Under the pieces are notes generated by a model. That model worked only from the letters and a program-made list of their open reading frames with translations, made no database searches and was not told where the DNA came from. A stretch of 64,000 bases of DNA from Shigella phage A2: the sequence record OP197928; one strand, given 5' to 3'. Both the position numbers and the translations under genes were made by a program. Numbering within the stretch: position 1 is the stretch's first letter; every line of letters begins with the position of its first letter. Positions 54,249-63,989 of the stretch are shown here, piece after piece.

Positions 54249-55034
54249 ATGGCAATTGTAGGTGTTCCTGGCTGGATTGGTGAATCTGCCGTGAATGAAA
54301 CTGGACAACGTTGGATGGATGCTGCAATGAGAGCAGTCCGTGTTTCAGTTCCCGGTTGGATGAGCTCAATGGCCGGACAATCTAAAGAAGTATATTATAG
54401 CATTGGTGCTAGTAATTCTTATAATAAAGATACATTAATAAACTGGATAAAAGCACAAGGGTCCACGCCTGTTGTTATTACTATTACAGGAAATATTGTT
54501 TCTCAATCTACTGGTGTTCCATGCTTAGATTTTCCTAGCTCATTAACTAATGCATACGTGACACTTAATATCAATTCAGGCGTGCATGTTTGGGGCCGTG
54601 GTGGGAATGGCGGAAATAACTCTGCCGGTAGAGCAGGAGGAACTGCAATAAATAATGGAATTGGAACTAGATTGCGTATTAACAACAATGGTGTTATCGC
54701 AGGAGGCGGTGGCGGCGGTGGAGGCGGATATTATTCTCCTTTTTCACAAATGAAATTGACTTTTGGCGGTGGCGGCGGTCGTCCATTTGGTGCTGCTGGC
54801 GGGTCTGCTAATATGGAACAGGGCGCTACTGCTGGTACTATTTCTGCACCTGGTAAAGGGTCTGTCAATGGTATCTATAATGGCGGGAATGGCGGTGATG
54901 CTGGTGCCGCAGGTGGTAAATGTAATATTCGTGGGCAAGGATCAGAATATAACGGCGGCGCGGCTGGTAAAGCTGTTACTGGTAATGCTCCAACTTGGAC
55001 TAAGGTTGGTACAATATATGGTTCAAGAGTATAA
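54249..55034 (+). CDS. 38: T2-type tail fibre tip adhesin gp38 (glycine-rich motifs)
   Basis: 261 aa; conserved N-terminus MAIVGVPGWIGESAV; poly-Gly blocks (GGGGGGGGGY, GGGGGRP) between variable segments. Confidence 0.88.
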   Translation: MAIVGVPGWIGESAVNETGQRWMDAAMRAVRVSVPGWMSSMAGQSKEVYYSIGASNSYNKDTLINWIKAQGSTPVVITITGNIVSQSTGVPCLDFPSSLTNAYVTLNINSGVHVWGRGGNGGNNSAGRAGGTAINNGIGTRLRINNNGVIAGGGGGGGGGYYSPFSQMKLTFGGGGGRPFGAAGGSANMEQGATAGTISAPGKGSVNGIYNGGNGGDAGAAGGKCNIRGQGSEYNGGAAGKAVTGNAPTWTKVGTIYGSRV

Positions 55035-55066
55035 TTTTTGAATAAATATCCTTAAAAGGAGGGTCT

Positions 55067-55723
55067 ATGGCAGCACCTAGAATATCATTTTCGCCCTCTG
55101 ATATTCTATTTGGTGTTCTAGATCGCTTGTTCAAAGATAACGCTACCGGGAAAGTTCTTGCTTCCCGGGTAGCTGTCGTAATTCTTTTATTTATGATGGC
55201 GATTGTTTGGTATAGGGGAGATAGTTTCTTTGAGTACTATAAGCAATCAAAGTATGAAACATACAGTGAAATTATTGAAAAGGAAAGAAATGCACGCTTT
55301 GAATCTGTCGCCCTGGAACAACTCCAGATAGTTCATATATCATCTGAGGCAGACTTTAGTGCGGTGTATTCTTTCCGCCCTAAAAACTTAAACTATTTTG
55401 TTGATATTATAGCATATGAAGGAAAATTACCTTCAACAATAAGTGAAAAATCACTTGGAGGATATCCTGTTGATAAAACTATGGATGAATATGCAGTTCA
55501 TTTAAATGGACGTCATTATTATTCCAACTCAAAATTTGCTTTTTTACCAACTAAAAAGCCTACTCCCGAAATAAACTACATGTACAGTTGTCCATATTTT
55601 AATTTGGATAATATCTATGCTGGAACGATAACCATGTACTGGTATAGAAATGATCATATAAGTAATGACCGCCTTGAATCAATATGTGCTCAGGCGGCCA
55701 GAATATTAGGAAGGGCTAAATAA
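55067..55723 (+). CDS. t: Holin T
   Basis: 218 aa; single N-terminal TM segment and large periplasmic domain; position after gene 38. Confidence 0.9.
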   Translation: MAAPRISFSPSDILFGVLDRLFKDNATGKVLASRVAVVILLFMMAIVWYRGDSFFEYYKQSKYETYSEIIEKERNARFESVALEQLQIVHISSEADFSAVYSFRPKNLNYFVDIIAYEGKLPSTISEKSLGGYPVDKTMDEYAVHLNGRHYYSNSKFAFLPTKKPTPEINYMYSCPYFNLDNIYAGTITMYWYRNDHISNDRLESICAQAARILGRAK

Positions 55724-55996
55724 TTATTTGTTCGTATACATCTCTAGATATCGATATACACCCTCAAAACCCTCGTTGAATTCGTCGATGAGGGTTTTCT
55801 TATCTTCTTGAGTTAATTCAGAAACAATTTTACGGAATGAATTCTGATTTAATTTTCTACCTTCATGCGTTACTCCAATCTCATTCAGAAATGCAATAAA
55901 ATTAGCACGATTTTCAACAATATCTTCTCTGGAAAATTTAATCAAAATAGACGCAACAGTAATAATTTCACGCACAACTTCAACAGCGTTATTCAT
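55724..55996 (-). CDS. asiA: Anti-sigma-70 factor AsiA
   Basis: Likely start at second Met (90 aa); conserved EIITVASILIKFSREDIVENRANFIAFLNE. Confidence 0.85.
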   Translation of the reverse strand: MNNAVEVVREIITVASILIKFSREDIVENRANFIAFLNEIGVTHEGRKLNQNSFRKIVSELTQEDKKTLIDEFNEGFEGVYRYLEMYTNK

Positions 55997-56176
55997 AATA
56001 TTCCAACTCAATAAGATTAGTCATTTATTCAATAAGTTTATTATAACAAACCTATTCTTCTTGTAAACTACTTTGTACAACTTTTTCTGGATTTGTATAA
56101 CCTTGTCCCAAGAATTCCGCAACTGTCTGGGCTTCTCTAAGACGTTCTGACTCAACTACTTGCTCAAGATTATGAC

Positions 56177-56491
56177 TCATAGGAGTTCCTCTATACAACT
56201 ATCATTATCCTTATAGCTATCAATATAGTCCTGTAGGTCAAAGAACGCAATTTCATATTCTAGAGCTTTAAGAGCTCGTTCTTCGGTGTAGTCAGAACCG
56301 AAGACAATAATGATTTCACCAGGCCAGTTGCGGTCGAAGTCGACACTAAAAGGAATACGAGAACATACTTCGTCTGCCATATCTGCGATAACATTGCGAT
56401 ACACATTCTTGTTAACACGATAGAGCTCTGCGAGTTCTTCACAGCGAATAACCAGTTCAGTGGCAGGAGTTTCTTTTATTTTAGTAAGCAT
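56177..56491 (-). CDS. Acidic protein, possibly Arn-like DNA-mimic anti-restriction factor
   Basis: 104 aa, strongly acidic; position upstream of asiA where T4 has arn; identity not certain. Confidence 0.5.
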   Translation of the reverse strand: MLTKIKETPATELVIRCEELAELYRVNKNVYRNVIADMADEVCSRIPFSVDFDRNWPGEIIIVFGSDYTEERALKALEYEIAFFDLQDYIDSYKDNDSCIEELL

Positions 56492-56592
56492 AATCTTTAC
56501 CCTTATGTTTCTGTTTGCGTTTAGATTGAAGTTCTACTTTCTTCTTGTCTTTATGGACAGAAGCCTTATTAAAATCATGCTTTGCTACGAGA

Positions 56593-56868
56593 TTATTCAT
56601 CTTCCAGTTTCCTTAATTGATATTGCAAAGAGCTAATAATTTCTTCGTTCATTTTAATATACATATCACGTAAGAAAGGTTTTAGTCCGTGGCTCATAAT
56701 AGCTAATGTATCACCTTTACCCAAATTAACCAAATAAGGGTGATCTAAAGCATCCCAACCAGGTTGATTAGCATACATCCCGTAATCCTTTTCCATCATA
56801 TGGTTAAGACGTTTAATTTCTTGAATACGATTTTCAATAGCGTCTTTCTGGAGTTGTTTATTATTCAT
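56593..56868 (-). CDS. Hypothetical protein (arn-motA cluster)
   Basis: 91 aa ORF. Confidence 0.6.
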   Translation of the reverse strand: MNNKQLQKDAIENRIQEIKRLNHMMEKDYGMYANQPGWDALDHPYLVNLGKGDTLAIMSHGLKPFLRDMYIKMNEEIISSLQYQLRKLEDE

Positions 56869-57329
56869 TAGTAAAGGTCCTCAGAGTAAAGTTCTTTTTC
56901 ACTACCACCACGTTCAATACGTACTTGTCCAGCGTAAGTTGCAATAATCATTGCTTCTTCGCGAGTCCAATAATTACTATATTGGTCAATAAACCCTTGG
57001 TCATCATCACAAACTTGTTGAGTAACTAATTGAGGTTTAACTACATCTAAAACTTCTGCCATATCTTTAGAATAATGACGAGCACCTGGAATAATAAGAG
57101 TTCGTCCATCTTTTAATTTAAAACGGTTGGCTGCACAGACAATTCGTCGTTGATACTTTTGGTTTTCATCCCAATATGCAGTCTGCCAACAGATTTCAGG
57201 AACTTCATCTAAAACATTTTGTTCTGTATATTCACCACCATAAGAAGCTAATTTAGCAGCCAGACTTTCCGGAGTCTCACGAGATAAAGCTTTATCTAAC
57301 AGAGCTAAACGTTCTTTAAAAGTTTTCAT
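56868..57329 (-). CDS. Hypothetical protein (arn-motA cluster)
   Basis: 153 aa ORF. Confidence 0.65.
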   Translation of the reverse strand: MKTFKERLALLDKALSRETPESLAAKLASYGGEYTEQNVLDEVPEICWQTAYWDENQKYQRRIVCAANRFKLKDGRTLIIPGARHYSKDMAEVLDVVKPQLVTQQVCDDDQGFIDQYSNYWTREEAMIIATYAGQVRIERGGSEKELYSEDLY

Positions 57330-57655
57330 TTAAACCATCCTTTAATACGCTGCCACAAAGTTTTCTGTTGAGCTTTGTTAACACCAATTGAACGAATAAC
57401 CGGTTGAGATTCCTGGAATTCTTTATAATCGGCAAGGTAAATTTCGTAAGCTGCATCTGTAAAGGAACTTATCGCTGCCATAAAATTATTGCGAATACCT
57501 ACTGGAGCATCTTTACTTTCACGAATAATCATGTATTTACCAGTCTTAATCTTTACAATAGTTCCAAGATAAGCTCCATGGTACCAAATATCCCAACCCT
57601 CTTGAGTAGGTTCTGCACAACGACGAAGTTCATTGACAATTTCTAACTTGTTCAT
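57326..57655 (-). CDS. Hypothetical protein (arn-motA cluster)
   Basis: 109 aa ORF. Confidence 0.65.
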   Translation of the reverse strand: MNKLEIVNELRRCAEPTQEGWDIWYHGAYLGTIVKIKTGKYMIIRESKDAPVGIRNNFMAAISSFTDAAYEIYLADYKEFQESQPVIRSIGVNKAQQKTLWQRIKGWFK

Positions 57656-57665
57656 TATTTATTCC

Positions 57666-58301
57666 TCACAGTTCAGATGCTACAGTGATTACAGCTTCAA
57701 TGTTTTCTGCCGAGCGTTTAATGTCAAGATACACATTACCGTTTTTAGCGATTTTACAAGACATTCCGATATCAGTAAATTTCTGAATATGATGTTCCAT
57801 CATTTTGTATCCAAAAATTCGCATGTTTCCATTGTTGTTAATTTCAAAATTGCGAATTCCGTGAGTGCGTTTTTCTAAAATAGCAAGATAATTACTACGA
57901 TAAGTTTCAACCTTTTTAAGAACAAATCCATTTTCATCTAAAAGTTTTAACATGAGATCTTTATCTTCTTCCATATCGGAAGTAATCTCGCGAGCTTTAC
58001 GAGTAGCACGTTTTTTCAGAAGTTCTGGAGCATTTTCCTGCGCATATAAAGTTGCTGCGTTTGAAATAATATCTTGCGCTTCGCCTGTGATGATTAATCC
58101 ATCACCTGATTTCTCTACCAGGCCTTTTTTAATCAATACCCCAATATTACTATTAACTACTGCGTTACCTAAATCTGGATGCACCTCACGAACTTCTGCA
58201 GCTGTAATGAAATCTTTCTTAGCAATGGTAATTAAAATCGCAGCAGTTTTTTCATTCAGAACATCGTTAGAAGCTTTGATGATGTAAGTTACTTTAGACA
58301 T
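57666..58301 (-). CDS. motA: MotA, middle-promoter transcription activator
   Basis: 211 aa; sequence recognised; early promoter upstream. Confidence 0.88.
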   Translation of the reverse strand: MSKVTYIIKASNDVLNEKTAAILITIAKKDFITAAEVREVHPDLGNAVVNSNIGVLIKKGLVEKSGDGLIITGEAQDIISNAATLYAQENAPELLKKRATRKAREITSDMEEDKDLMLKLLDENGFVLKKVETYRSNYLAILEKRTHGIRNFEINNNGNMRIFGYKMMEHHIQKFTDIGMSCKIAKNGNVYLDIKRSAENIEAVITVASEL

Positions 58302-58342
58302 TTTCTAATCTCCGTAATTCTGTATCAGTAGTTGATAGTTGT

Positions 58343-58372
58343 ATAGTACCACAGTATGCTTTGGTTGTAAAC
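58343..58372 (-). promoter_or_regulatory. Early promoter for motA (GTTTACA -35, 17 bp, TACTAT -10)
   Basis: Minus-strand read; A/T-rich UP region; SD GGAG before ATG 58301. Confidence 0.6.
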
Positions 58373-58393
58373 CGTTTTGTGAAAAAAATTTTT

Positions 58394-58424
58394 GAAATAA
58401 AAAAGGGAGAGCCGAGGCTCTCCC
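58394..58424 (-). terminator. Rho-independent terminator upstream of motA promoter
   Basis: GGGAGAGCC-GAG-GCTCTCCC hairpin followed on minus strand by TTTTTTATTT. Confidence 0.75.
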
Positions 58425-58429
58425 TAAAA

Positions 58430-58579
58430 TTACTGCATGACTGTGATAACTGTCATGATAACACGTTGAATTCCGAACGCAAGAAGACCTCCTGCTACGG
58501 CTGGAACAACACCTAAACCCGCCAGTAAAATGCTACCGGATACTAATGCAGCGCTTGTAATACCTATAAATGGACTCAT
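58430..58579 (-). CDS. Small hydrophobic membrane protein
   Basis: 49 aa ORF not in the supplied track (MSPFIGITSAALVSGSILLAGLGVVPAVAGG...); start overlaps gene 52 stop. Confidence 0.5.
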   Translation of the reverse strand: MSPFIGITSAALVSGSILLAGLGVVPAVAGGLLAFGIQRVIMTVITVMQ

Positions 58580-59904
58580 TTGATTTCCTCTAAATCTTTA
58601 GTGTATTCGGTAACTACATCAGTAGTTTTCCAATATTCGTTTTCTTCTTTCTTAGCTTTAGCTTCTTCAGCAAGTTTCTTTGCTTCGTCGGAAGTCATAT
58701 GAAAAATATTCATACCAACTAGTTTATCAACATAAGAAGAATACATATCAATTTTAGAAAGTTCTTCTGTCAGTTCTTTACGAGTTTTACCTTGTACAAC
58801 AATTTCACCTGAAATTACTTTCTTAATGAAATGTGCCTTGGCAAAGGCTAAACGAAATGCTGATTCAGTTTCTTTGATTTTGTTATCAATTCGTTTCTGG
58901 ACATAAGTTTTACGAACTTCAACGAAGTCTTTGATTAAATCAACTACGTTATCGTAAACTTGCAGCTTTCCTTTCTCATTAATAACGGTAATATTCTGGG
59001 AACGACGCTCAATCAACCCGAAGTCTTTCATAATTTTCGCGTGACGTTCTTCTTCGTTATCGCTCAAAGAATATTCTTTACGGAATTTAACTTTGAAGCC
59101 AAAACCATGCTCACCGCAAGCATCATCCCACGTAATGAATCCTTTATCTTCAAGCGGGTCTAAGATTTTACTCACATAAGTTTCACGATCATACTTATAC
59201 GGAATCTCAGTGATATTCATTTGAGTTCGTGAAGTAAACTTGTACGTTCCACGAATTTCATATTGACCGTCAATTTCAACGACTTCACCGCGAAATTCTG
59301 GGAATTCTACCTTAGGTTTAGTTACTTTCTTTCCTTGAAGAGCTTGCAGTACAGCTTTCTTGACAGAAGAAACGCTATGAGGAAGAATGTAAGTTGCATA
59401 ACCAGTTGCAATACCGGAAACACCATTAAGAAGAACAGTAGGAATAATAGGCAAATAGAAAGCAGGCGGAATGTGTTCTTTATCTTGATGTACCGGAGCA
59501 TATTCAGTATCTTTATATACGTTATAGAAATTTTTACTTACACGAGCAAAAATATAACGACTTGCCGCTGCTTTTTGGACAGTACGAGAACCAAAGTTTC
59601 CTTGACCATCTAACAAAGGAAAGTTATTATTCCAAGTGTTAGCCATCAAAGCACCTGCGTCTTGTGCAGAGTTTTCACCATGATGATATCCAAGGTCTGC
59701 TACACCACCTGCAATAGAAGCGAGTTTGTGAAACTTATCTTTATTTCCTCGTGCCAAATCAAGAGCTCGAGCAATAACAAATCGTTGAACTGGCTTAAAT
59801 CCATCAATCATATTTGGAATGGCACGATTTTCAACCGTGTACATAGCATAAGCCAATGCTTCATTATCAATGATACTTTTTAAATCGCGATTATTCAGTT
59901 GCAT
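58576..59904 (-). CDS. 52: DNA topoisomerase II medium subunit gp52
   Basis: 442 aa; GyrA/ParC-like breakage-reunion domain; sequence recognised. Confidence 0.92.
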   Translation of the reverse strand: MQLNNRDLKSIIDNEALAYAMYTVENRAIPNMIDGFKPVQRFVIARALDLARGNKDKFHKLASIAGGVADLGYHHGENSAQDAGALMANTWNNNFPLLDGQGNFGSRTVQKAAASRYIFARVSKNFYNVYKDTEYAPVHQDKEHIPPAFYLPIIPTVLLNGVSGIATGYATYILPHSVSSVKKAVLQALQGKKVTKPKVEFPEFRGEVVEIDGQYEIRGTYKFTSRTQMNITEIPYKYDRETYVSKILDPLEDKGFITWDDACGEHGFGFKVKFRKEYSLSDNEEERHAKIMKDFGLIERRSQNITVINEKGKLQVYDNVVDLIKDFVEVRKTYVQKRIDNKIKETESAFRLAFAKAHFIKKVISGEIVVQGKTRKELTEELSKIDMYSSYVDKLVGMNIFHMTSDEAKKLAEEAKAKKEENEYWKTTDVVTEYTKDLEEIK

Positions 59905-59908
59905 AAAT

Positions 59909-60049
59909 TTACCATACTAGTGAATGTAGTGCCATAATAACATCAGAAATGAAAAGCACGACTTGAATTAATCCGAACATTACTCCATAATATAGTGCTA
60001 CCAATAAAGTAGCAAGGGCTAGTGAATAGCCCAAGATTTTCTTAATCAT
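59909..60049 (-). CDS. Small hydrophobic membrane protein (ac/stp region)
   Basis: About 46 aa ORF not in the supplied track (MIKKILGYSLALATLLVALYYGVMFGLIQVVLF...). Confidence 0.45.
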   Translation of the reverse strand: MIKKILGYSLALATLLVALYYGVMFGLIQVVLFISDVIMALHSLVW

Positions 60050-60200
60050 TAGTAGATAACAACACAAATGTTAAATATGCACACATACCCTGGGCTAAAG
60101 CTTGTGAAAACACACTGCTAGCATCGATACAGATAGTTAAAACACATGCTACTATCCAACAAATAAATGAAATAACTCCTAATAATTTTGCGATATTCAT
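60042..60200 (-). CDS. Small hydrophobic membrane protein (ac/stp region)
   Basis: Likely start MNIAKLLGV (52 aa) within track ORF 60042..60230; single TM segment. Confidence 0.5.
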   Translation of the reverse strand: MNIAKLLGVISFICWIVACVLTICIDASSVFSQALAQGMCAYLTFVLLSTND

Positions 60201-60230
60201 AATATTCTCCTCAACTATTTTTAGAACCAA

Positions 60231-60366
60231 TGTACGCGAATAATGATAAAATCGCTAATACGCCCTGAGCTGATGCTTGCAAAAATACTGAAGTTTCTCC
60301 AGTTATTACTGTTCCGATGCATAAAAAGAACCAACAGAAAAAGGCTATACCGTGAACAAATTTCAT
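60231..60366 (-). CDS. Small hydrophobic membrane protein, paralogue of the preceding ORF
   Basis: About 44 aa ORF not in the supplied track (MKFVHGIAFFCWFFLCIGTVITGETSVFLQASAQGVLAI...); shares SVF-QA-AQG segment with neighbour. Confidence 0.45.
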
Positions 60367-60453
60367 ATTTTCCTCACTGGCGTCCGAAGACGCCTTTGGT
60401 TTTAAGATTGTTACGATAGAACTGCATCACGTGTTCGTTGTGGAAATTACTCA

Positions 60454-60912
60454 TTAATATGCCTGCAAAACGAATTTAAAGTTATCAGCCAACATACGGT
60501 TCATTTCTTCAAGTGTTTGATACTCAGAATGATGATTACGAGTAAACGCCAAAGCTAACTGACCTTTACCAAATCCTGTCGTCAGAGGTTTCATCTTAGA
60601 AGCAGGTAAATAAAATACTGTGTATGGAACATTGTTATTTGCAATAGTACGTGCAAGCTGAGACCGACGTTGACGAATATGACTTAGAACTGCACTGAAT
60701 CCTTGCTTAGAACGCTGATTACCTACATAAAATCGTGCTGACACACATGGATTACTAAATAGACGACCATCTAATTTACTTACTAAAAAGTAAAATCCAG
60801 GTTTAGATAAAATATCTTTATGCGGAGTTCCCAAAAACCATTCACCACCCTTGATTGTACCAATAACAGTAGCACCTGCATCATTCAGATCAGTAACAGT
60901 CATATATTTCAT
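60454..60912 (-). CDS. ndd: Ndd, nucleoid disruption protein
   Basis: Likely start [10 protein letters not shown] with GAGGAA SD (about 152 aa). Confidence 0.8.
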
Positions 60913-60970
60913 ATTAATTTCCTCTAAATTATTTTCTACTCCATGGCCGCATGAATACGCGGCCATTAAA

Positions 60971-61186
60971 TTAATCGTCGCAGTCGACGCTCAATTCCCA
61001 AAACTCTTCTACGGTATAAGTTTCAGTATCATTTTCAATACAGAAACGTTCATTACTGTTATTTGCTAAAGTAGCATTAACTGTCGGTTTCTCGCTAGTG
61101 CTCTTAAGAGGTGAAATACGAATTAACTGATCACCGTTATCTAAACAGAAAATTTCACCAACTTTTACATCTTTAAAACTTTTCAT
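60971..61186 (-). CDS. Hypothetical protein (ndd.x cluster)
   Basis: 71 aa ORF. Confidence 0.6.
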   Translation of the reverse strand: MKSFKDVKVGEIFCLDNGDQLIRISPLKSTSEKPTVNATLANNSNERFCIENDTETYTVEEFWELSVDCDD

Positions 61187-61301
61187 AATTCACCTCAAGG
61201 AGTATAAAATCCAAATGCAGTTGTTGACCATCCCATCCAATATGGGAAATTTGCGCCAATGTAAAACATAAGAATATAAAACCAAATGTTTAGTAAATTC
61301 A

Positions 61302-61520
61302 TCATTTTACACCATTCCAAATTGTTTCAACTACGGATTTTAAACCATTTTGATGAATATCCATTCCGACTACCGCCATCAAATAGATTCCAACTACAAC
61401 TGAACCTAAGGCAAAAATCAGCATGAAAATGAATAAAGCTGGAAAAATATTATCGAAAAACCATTCAATAAATGTAAAAGCACTACGTTTACGCTTCATA
61501 TTTTCCTCACATAAATCCAA
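61302..61520 (-). CDS. Small membrane protein (ndd.x cluster)
   Basis: 72 aa ORF with two hydrophobic segments. Confidence 0.55.
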   Translation of the reverse strand: MDLCEENMKRKRSAFTFIEWFFDNIFPALFIFMLIFALGSVVVGIYLMAVVGMDIHQNGLKSVVETIWNGVK

Positions 61521-61755
61521 AGTAAGCGTTTAATACATCAATCATTAAAACGATTGGGAATATACTCAAAACTATTAGTATTATAACTACATTCCATATA
61601 GCTTTAACAATCTTTTTCATTTTCTGTTCCTCCGTAGTTGATAGGGTAATAATACCACAGAGGAACAGTCTTGTAAACAACTTTTTTAAAAATATTCGTA
61701 ATAAATGTGAATACCAACTACTACTGCTGAAACTTGCGCAACCCACCATGCACAA
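61507..61755 (-). CDS. Small membrane protein (ndd.x cluster); true start probably at 61620
   Basis: Strong GGAGG SD precedes internal ATG at 61620 giving 37 aa MKKIVKAIWNVVIILIVLSIFPIVL...; track start 61755 is upstream of the promoter. Confidence 0.5.
   Translation of the reverse strand: MCMVGCASFSSSSWYSHLLRIFLKKLFTRLFLCGIITLSTTEEQKMKKIVKAIWNVVIILIVLSIFPIVLMIDVLNAYFGFM
61649..61678 (-). promoter_or_regulatory. Early promoter (GTTTACA -35, 17 bp, TATTAT -10)
   Basis: Conserved block CGTAGTTGATAGGGTAATAATACCAC. Confidence 0.55.
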
Positions 61756-61863
61756 GCAATAAGTACAGAATTCAAAATTTTCATAATAACCTCATCACAA
61801 AAGTAAATGTTAAACAAATTAATGGAATACTAATTAACCAAACGAAACACCACCATAGTGAAC

Positions 61864-62127
61864 TCATAACTCAATCTCAGCGATTTTCATTTCATTACTA
61901 TTAATAGCCGCTTTAAGACTATCTGAAAGAATTACATTCCAGTGGTCATTCATATGACCATTGACTAAGCGTGTAATTTCTTCGGGAGTTGAAAAATAAG
62001 GCGTATCAGACTCCCAATGCGATAGTCCCAAGCGAGTATAAATCATACCTTCATCATCGCTAGAATATTCAACTGACACAAACTCATCAGTTATTTTATG
62101 TTTAGCGTAATAAAATTTAAATTTCAT
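61864..62127 (-). CDS. Hypothetical protein (ndd.x cluster)
   Basis: 87 aa ORF with GGAGG SD and early promoter. Confidence 0.65.
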   Translation of the reverse strand: MKFKFYYAKHKITDEFVSVEYSSDDEGMIYTRLGLSHWESDTPYFSTPEEITRLVNGHMNDHWNVILSDSLKAAINSNEMKIAEIEL

Positions 62128-62155
62128 TTTCCGCTCCTCCGTAGTTGATAGGGTA

Positions 62156-62185
62156 ATAGTACCACGGTCCTTGTGGTATGTAAAC
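62156..62185 (-). promoter_or_regulatory. Early promoter (GTTTACA -35, 17 bp, TACTAT -10)
   Basis: Conserved block CGTAGTTGATAGGGTAATAGTACCAC; A/T-rich UP element. Confidence 0.55.
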
Positions 62186-62202
62186 CGTTTTGTGAAAAAT
62201 TT

Positions 62203-62760
62203 TTAAATGGAAAGATACCATCCGTTGTAGTTGCTTTTTCTTACAACCTTACGAAGGTCTTCTCTGTCACCGATGAACTTCGGAGTGTACTGGATGACAC
62301 CTGGATGAATTTCTTTAGTGTTGAATATAATTATACAGTCAGCGACTTGATGATTTAGAATGGGCCCTAAATTTATTCCAGAACCATATGGATACTCTCC
62401 GCTGCATCCCGTTGTTACCGAAATCCAACGCGAGTCAGTTTGATGTGTTTTGACTTCTACACGAAGCCCGCAATATTTTGGATGCGCTAAAACATCCCAT
62501 GCATACGTGTACGGATCATCGACATTTTCTTGGCCTTTATTGACATATCCGCTTAGCCAATCTGCCACAAAAAACTCTGCGTACACAGCGATACGGCATC
62601 TTTCGATAACTTCTGCCTTATCCTGATTCGGATTTTGTTTTAAAGAGTATCTTGCTGTATCAGCAATTTTGACCTTCATTTCACTAGTCAAGTCACTGTT
62701 CGATAGGGTAAATGTCGGAATCTGAAATAGTCTCTGTAAACCCGGATTCGTTTTCTGCAT
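62203..62760 (-). CDS. denB: Endonuclease IV
   Basis: 185 aa; position between ndd cluster and rIIB. Confidence 0.8.
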   Translation of the reverse strand: MQKTNPGLQRLFQIPTFTLSNSDLTSEMKVKIADTARYSLKQNPNQDKAEVIERCRIAVYAEFFVADWLSGYVNKGQENVDDPYTYAWDVLAHPKYCGLRVEVKTHQTDSRWISVTTGCSGEYPYGSGINLGPILNHQVADCIIIFNTKEIHPGVIQYTPKFIGDREDLRKVVRKSNYNGWYLSI

Positions 62761-62806
62761 TAAACTTTCCTTTTACGTCGGAATCATAATTTCTCTTAAA
62801 ACAAAA

Positions 62807-62818
62807 GGGCCGAAGCCC
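62807..62818 (-). terminator. Hairpin between the 64 aa ORF and denB
   Basis: GGGCC-GAA-GCCC hairpin flanked by T-runs on both strands. Confidence 0.45.
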
Positions 62819-62823
62819 TTATT

Positions 62824-63018
62824 TTATTTGAATTGTGCGATTCTTTTCTCTAGACACTCAGCATAAGATTTCATTGAGATGAACTGTGAAAGCAGCAGTT
62901 CTTGCTCAACTGCACTAACCGTTAGAAACTTTGTGCTTTCTAAAAATTTGCTCAGTGCATTAATTTTGAGCATTAATTGATCGTATTCTTCTTTTACTCG
63001 TGCTTGATAACCTAACAT
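62824..63018 (-). CDS. Hypothetical protein
   Basis: 64 aa ORF between rIIB and denB. Confidence 0.6.
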   Translation of the reverse strand: MLGYQARVKEEYDQLMLKINALSKFLESTKFLTVSAVEQELLLSQFISMKSYAECLEKRIAQFK

Positions 63019-63050
63019 AATTTTCCTTAATATGATAAGGGCCGAAGCCC

Positions 63051-63989
63051 TTATTTAAATTGTTCAGTAACGTCTTCAACTACTTCGTATTGGCAGGTAC
63101 GCATTTTAGCATCGTTGTAATCAATCGGAATTGATACTACATCACGTGGATGTACTTTAACTTTTACAACTCGGCTGGTTGAACTGCCAAAGTGACGAAT
63201 ATAAGATTTAGAACACACATGCAGACCACGAGAACAAGTTTGTGTATCATCGTCATTCACACGAGTACGCGGCATTTTAACTACTTTACCAGGACTGTTA
63301 TCAAAGGTGTTTGAGTGACAGTCAAAGTAGTTGTCACGAACTACTTTCCAAGCATAGAAGTAACCATCTTCTGTAATTTCAATATCGTTTGCTACCAAGA
63401 AATCAAAGAGTCGAGATACCGCTTTCTGGCTTGGGTTTTCCAGCAGATTTTCCAAGAACGGAAAATAAAATTCAAAGTTTTCACCTTTTTCCATCGAATC
63501 GAGAATACGATCAACTAAACCAGACCGTAATTCGATATTTTGATAGAACAAGCTTCCGCCTTCAATTCGAACATCGCCGGAAATATATTTTTCAACAGCG
63601 CGACGAACATTAATTTTTTGTGCCGCTTCTTCCAACTTATCTGCTACAAGCAGATTAAGAATTTCCTGGAAGTTTGAATGAGTATTAGGTGTTGCATTAT
63701 AAGTTACACCATCGACAGTAATCGAAATGAATTTTTTAGATGCATTCCAAATAATGTCAGATTTAGTAACTGGAGCAATAACTGCATCGCTATTAACTTT
63801 AACTGTAATATCACCGCTAATAGTAACTTTAGAGCGTTTAGCTTCTTCAGCATTTTTCAAAACACGACGGATTGTATCAACCGATACACCTTGCCAATCA
63901 GCCAATTCCTGCTGAGTATAATTACCGCTTGAATACAGTTTAACAATTTCAGCTTGTTCGTTTTTGGTCAGGCATTTAATATTGTACAT
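63051..63989 (-). CDS. rIIB: rIIB membrane-associated protein
   Basis: 312 aa; sequence recognised; last gene before window end. Confidence 0.88.
   Translation of the reverse strand: MYNIKCLTKNEQAEIVKLYSSGNYTQQELADWQGVSVDTIRRVLKNAEEAKRSKVTISGDITVKVNSDAVIAPVTKSDIIWNASKKFISITVDGVTYNATPNTHSNFQEILNLLVADKLEEAAQKINVRRAVEKYISGDVRIEGGSLFYQNIELRSGLVDRILDSMEKGENFEFYFPFLENLLENPSQKAVSRLFDFLVANDIEITEDGYFYAWKVVRDNYFDCHSNTFDNSPGKVVKMPRTRVNDDDTQTCSRGLHVCSKSYIRHFGSSTSRVVKVKVHPRDVVSIPIDYNDAKMRTCQYEVVEDVTEQFK

Noticed and set aside
54763-55041. 92 aa plus-strand ORF overlapping gene 38 in another frame
   Set aside because: Produced by the GGN-rich codon runs of the gp38 glycine motifs read out of frame; no independent start signal
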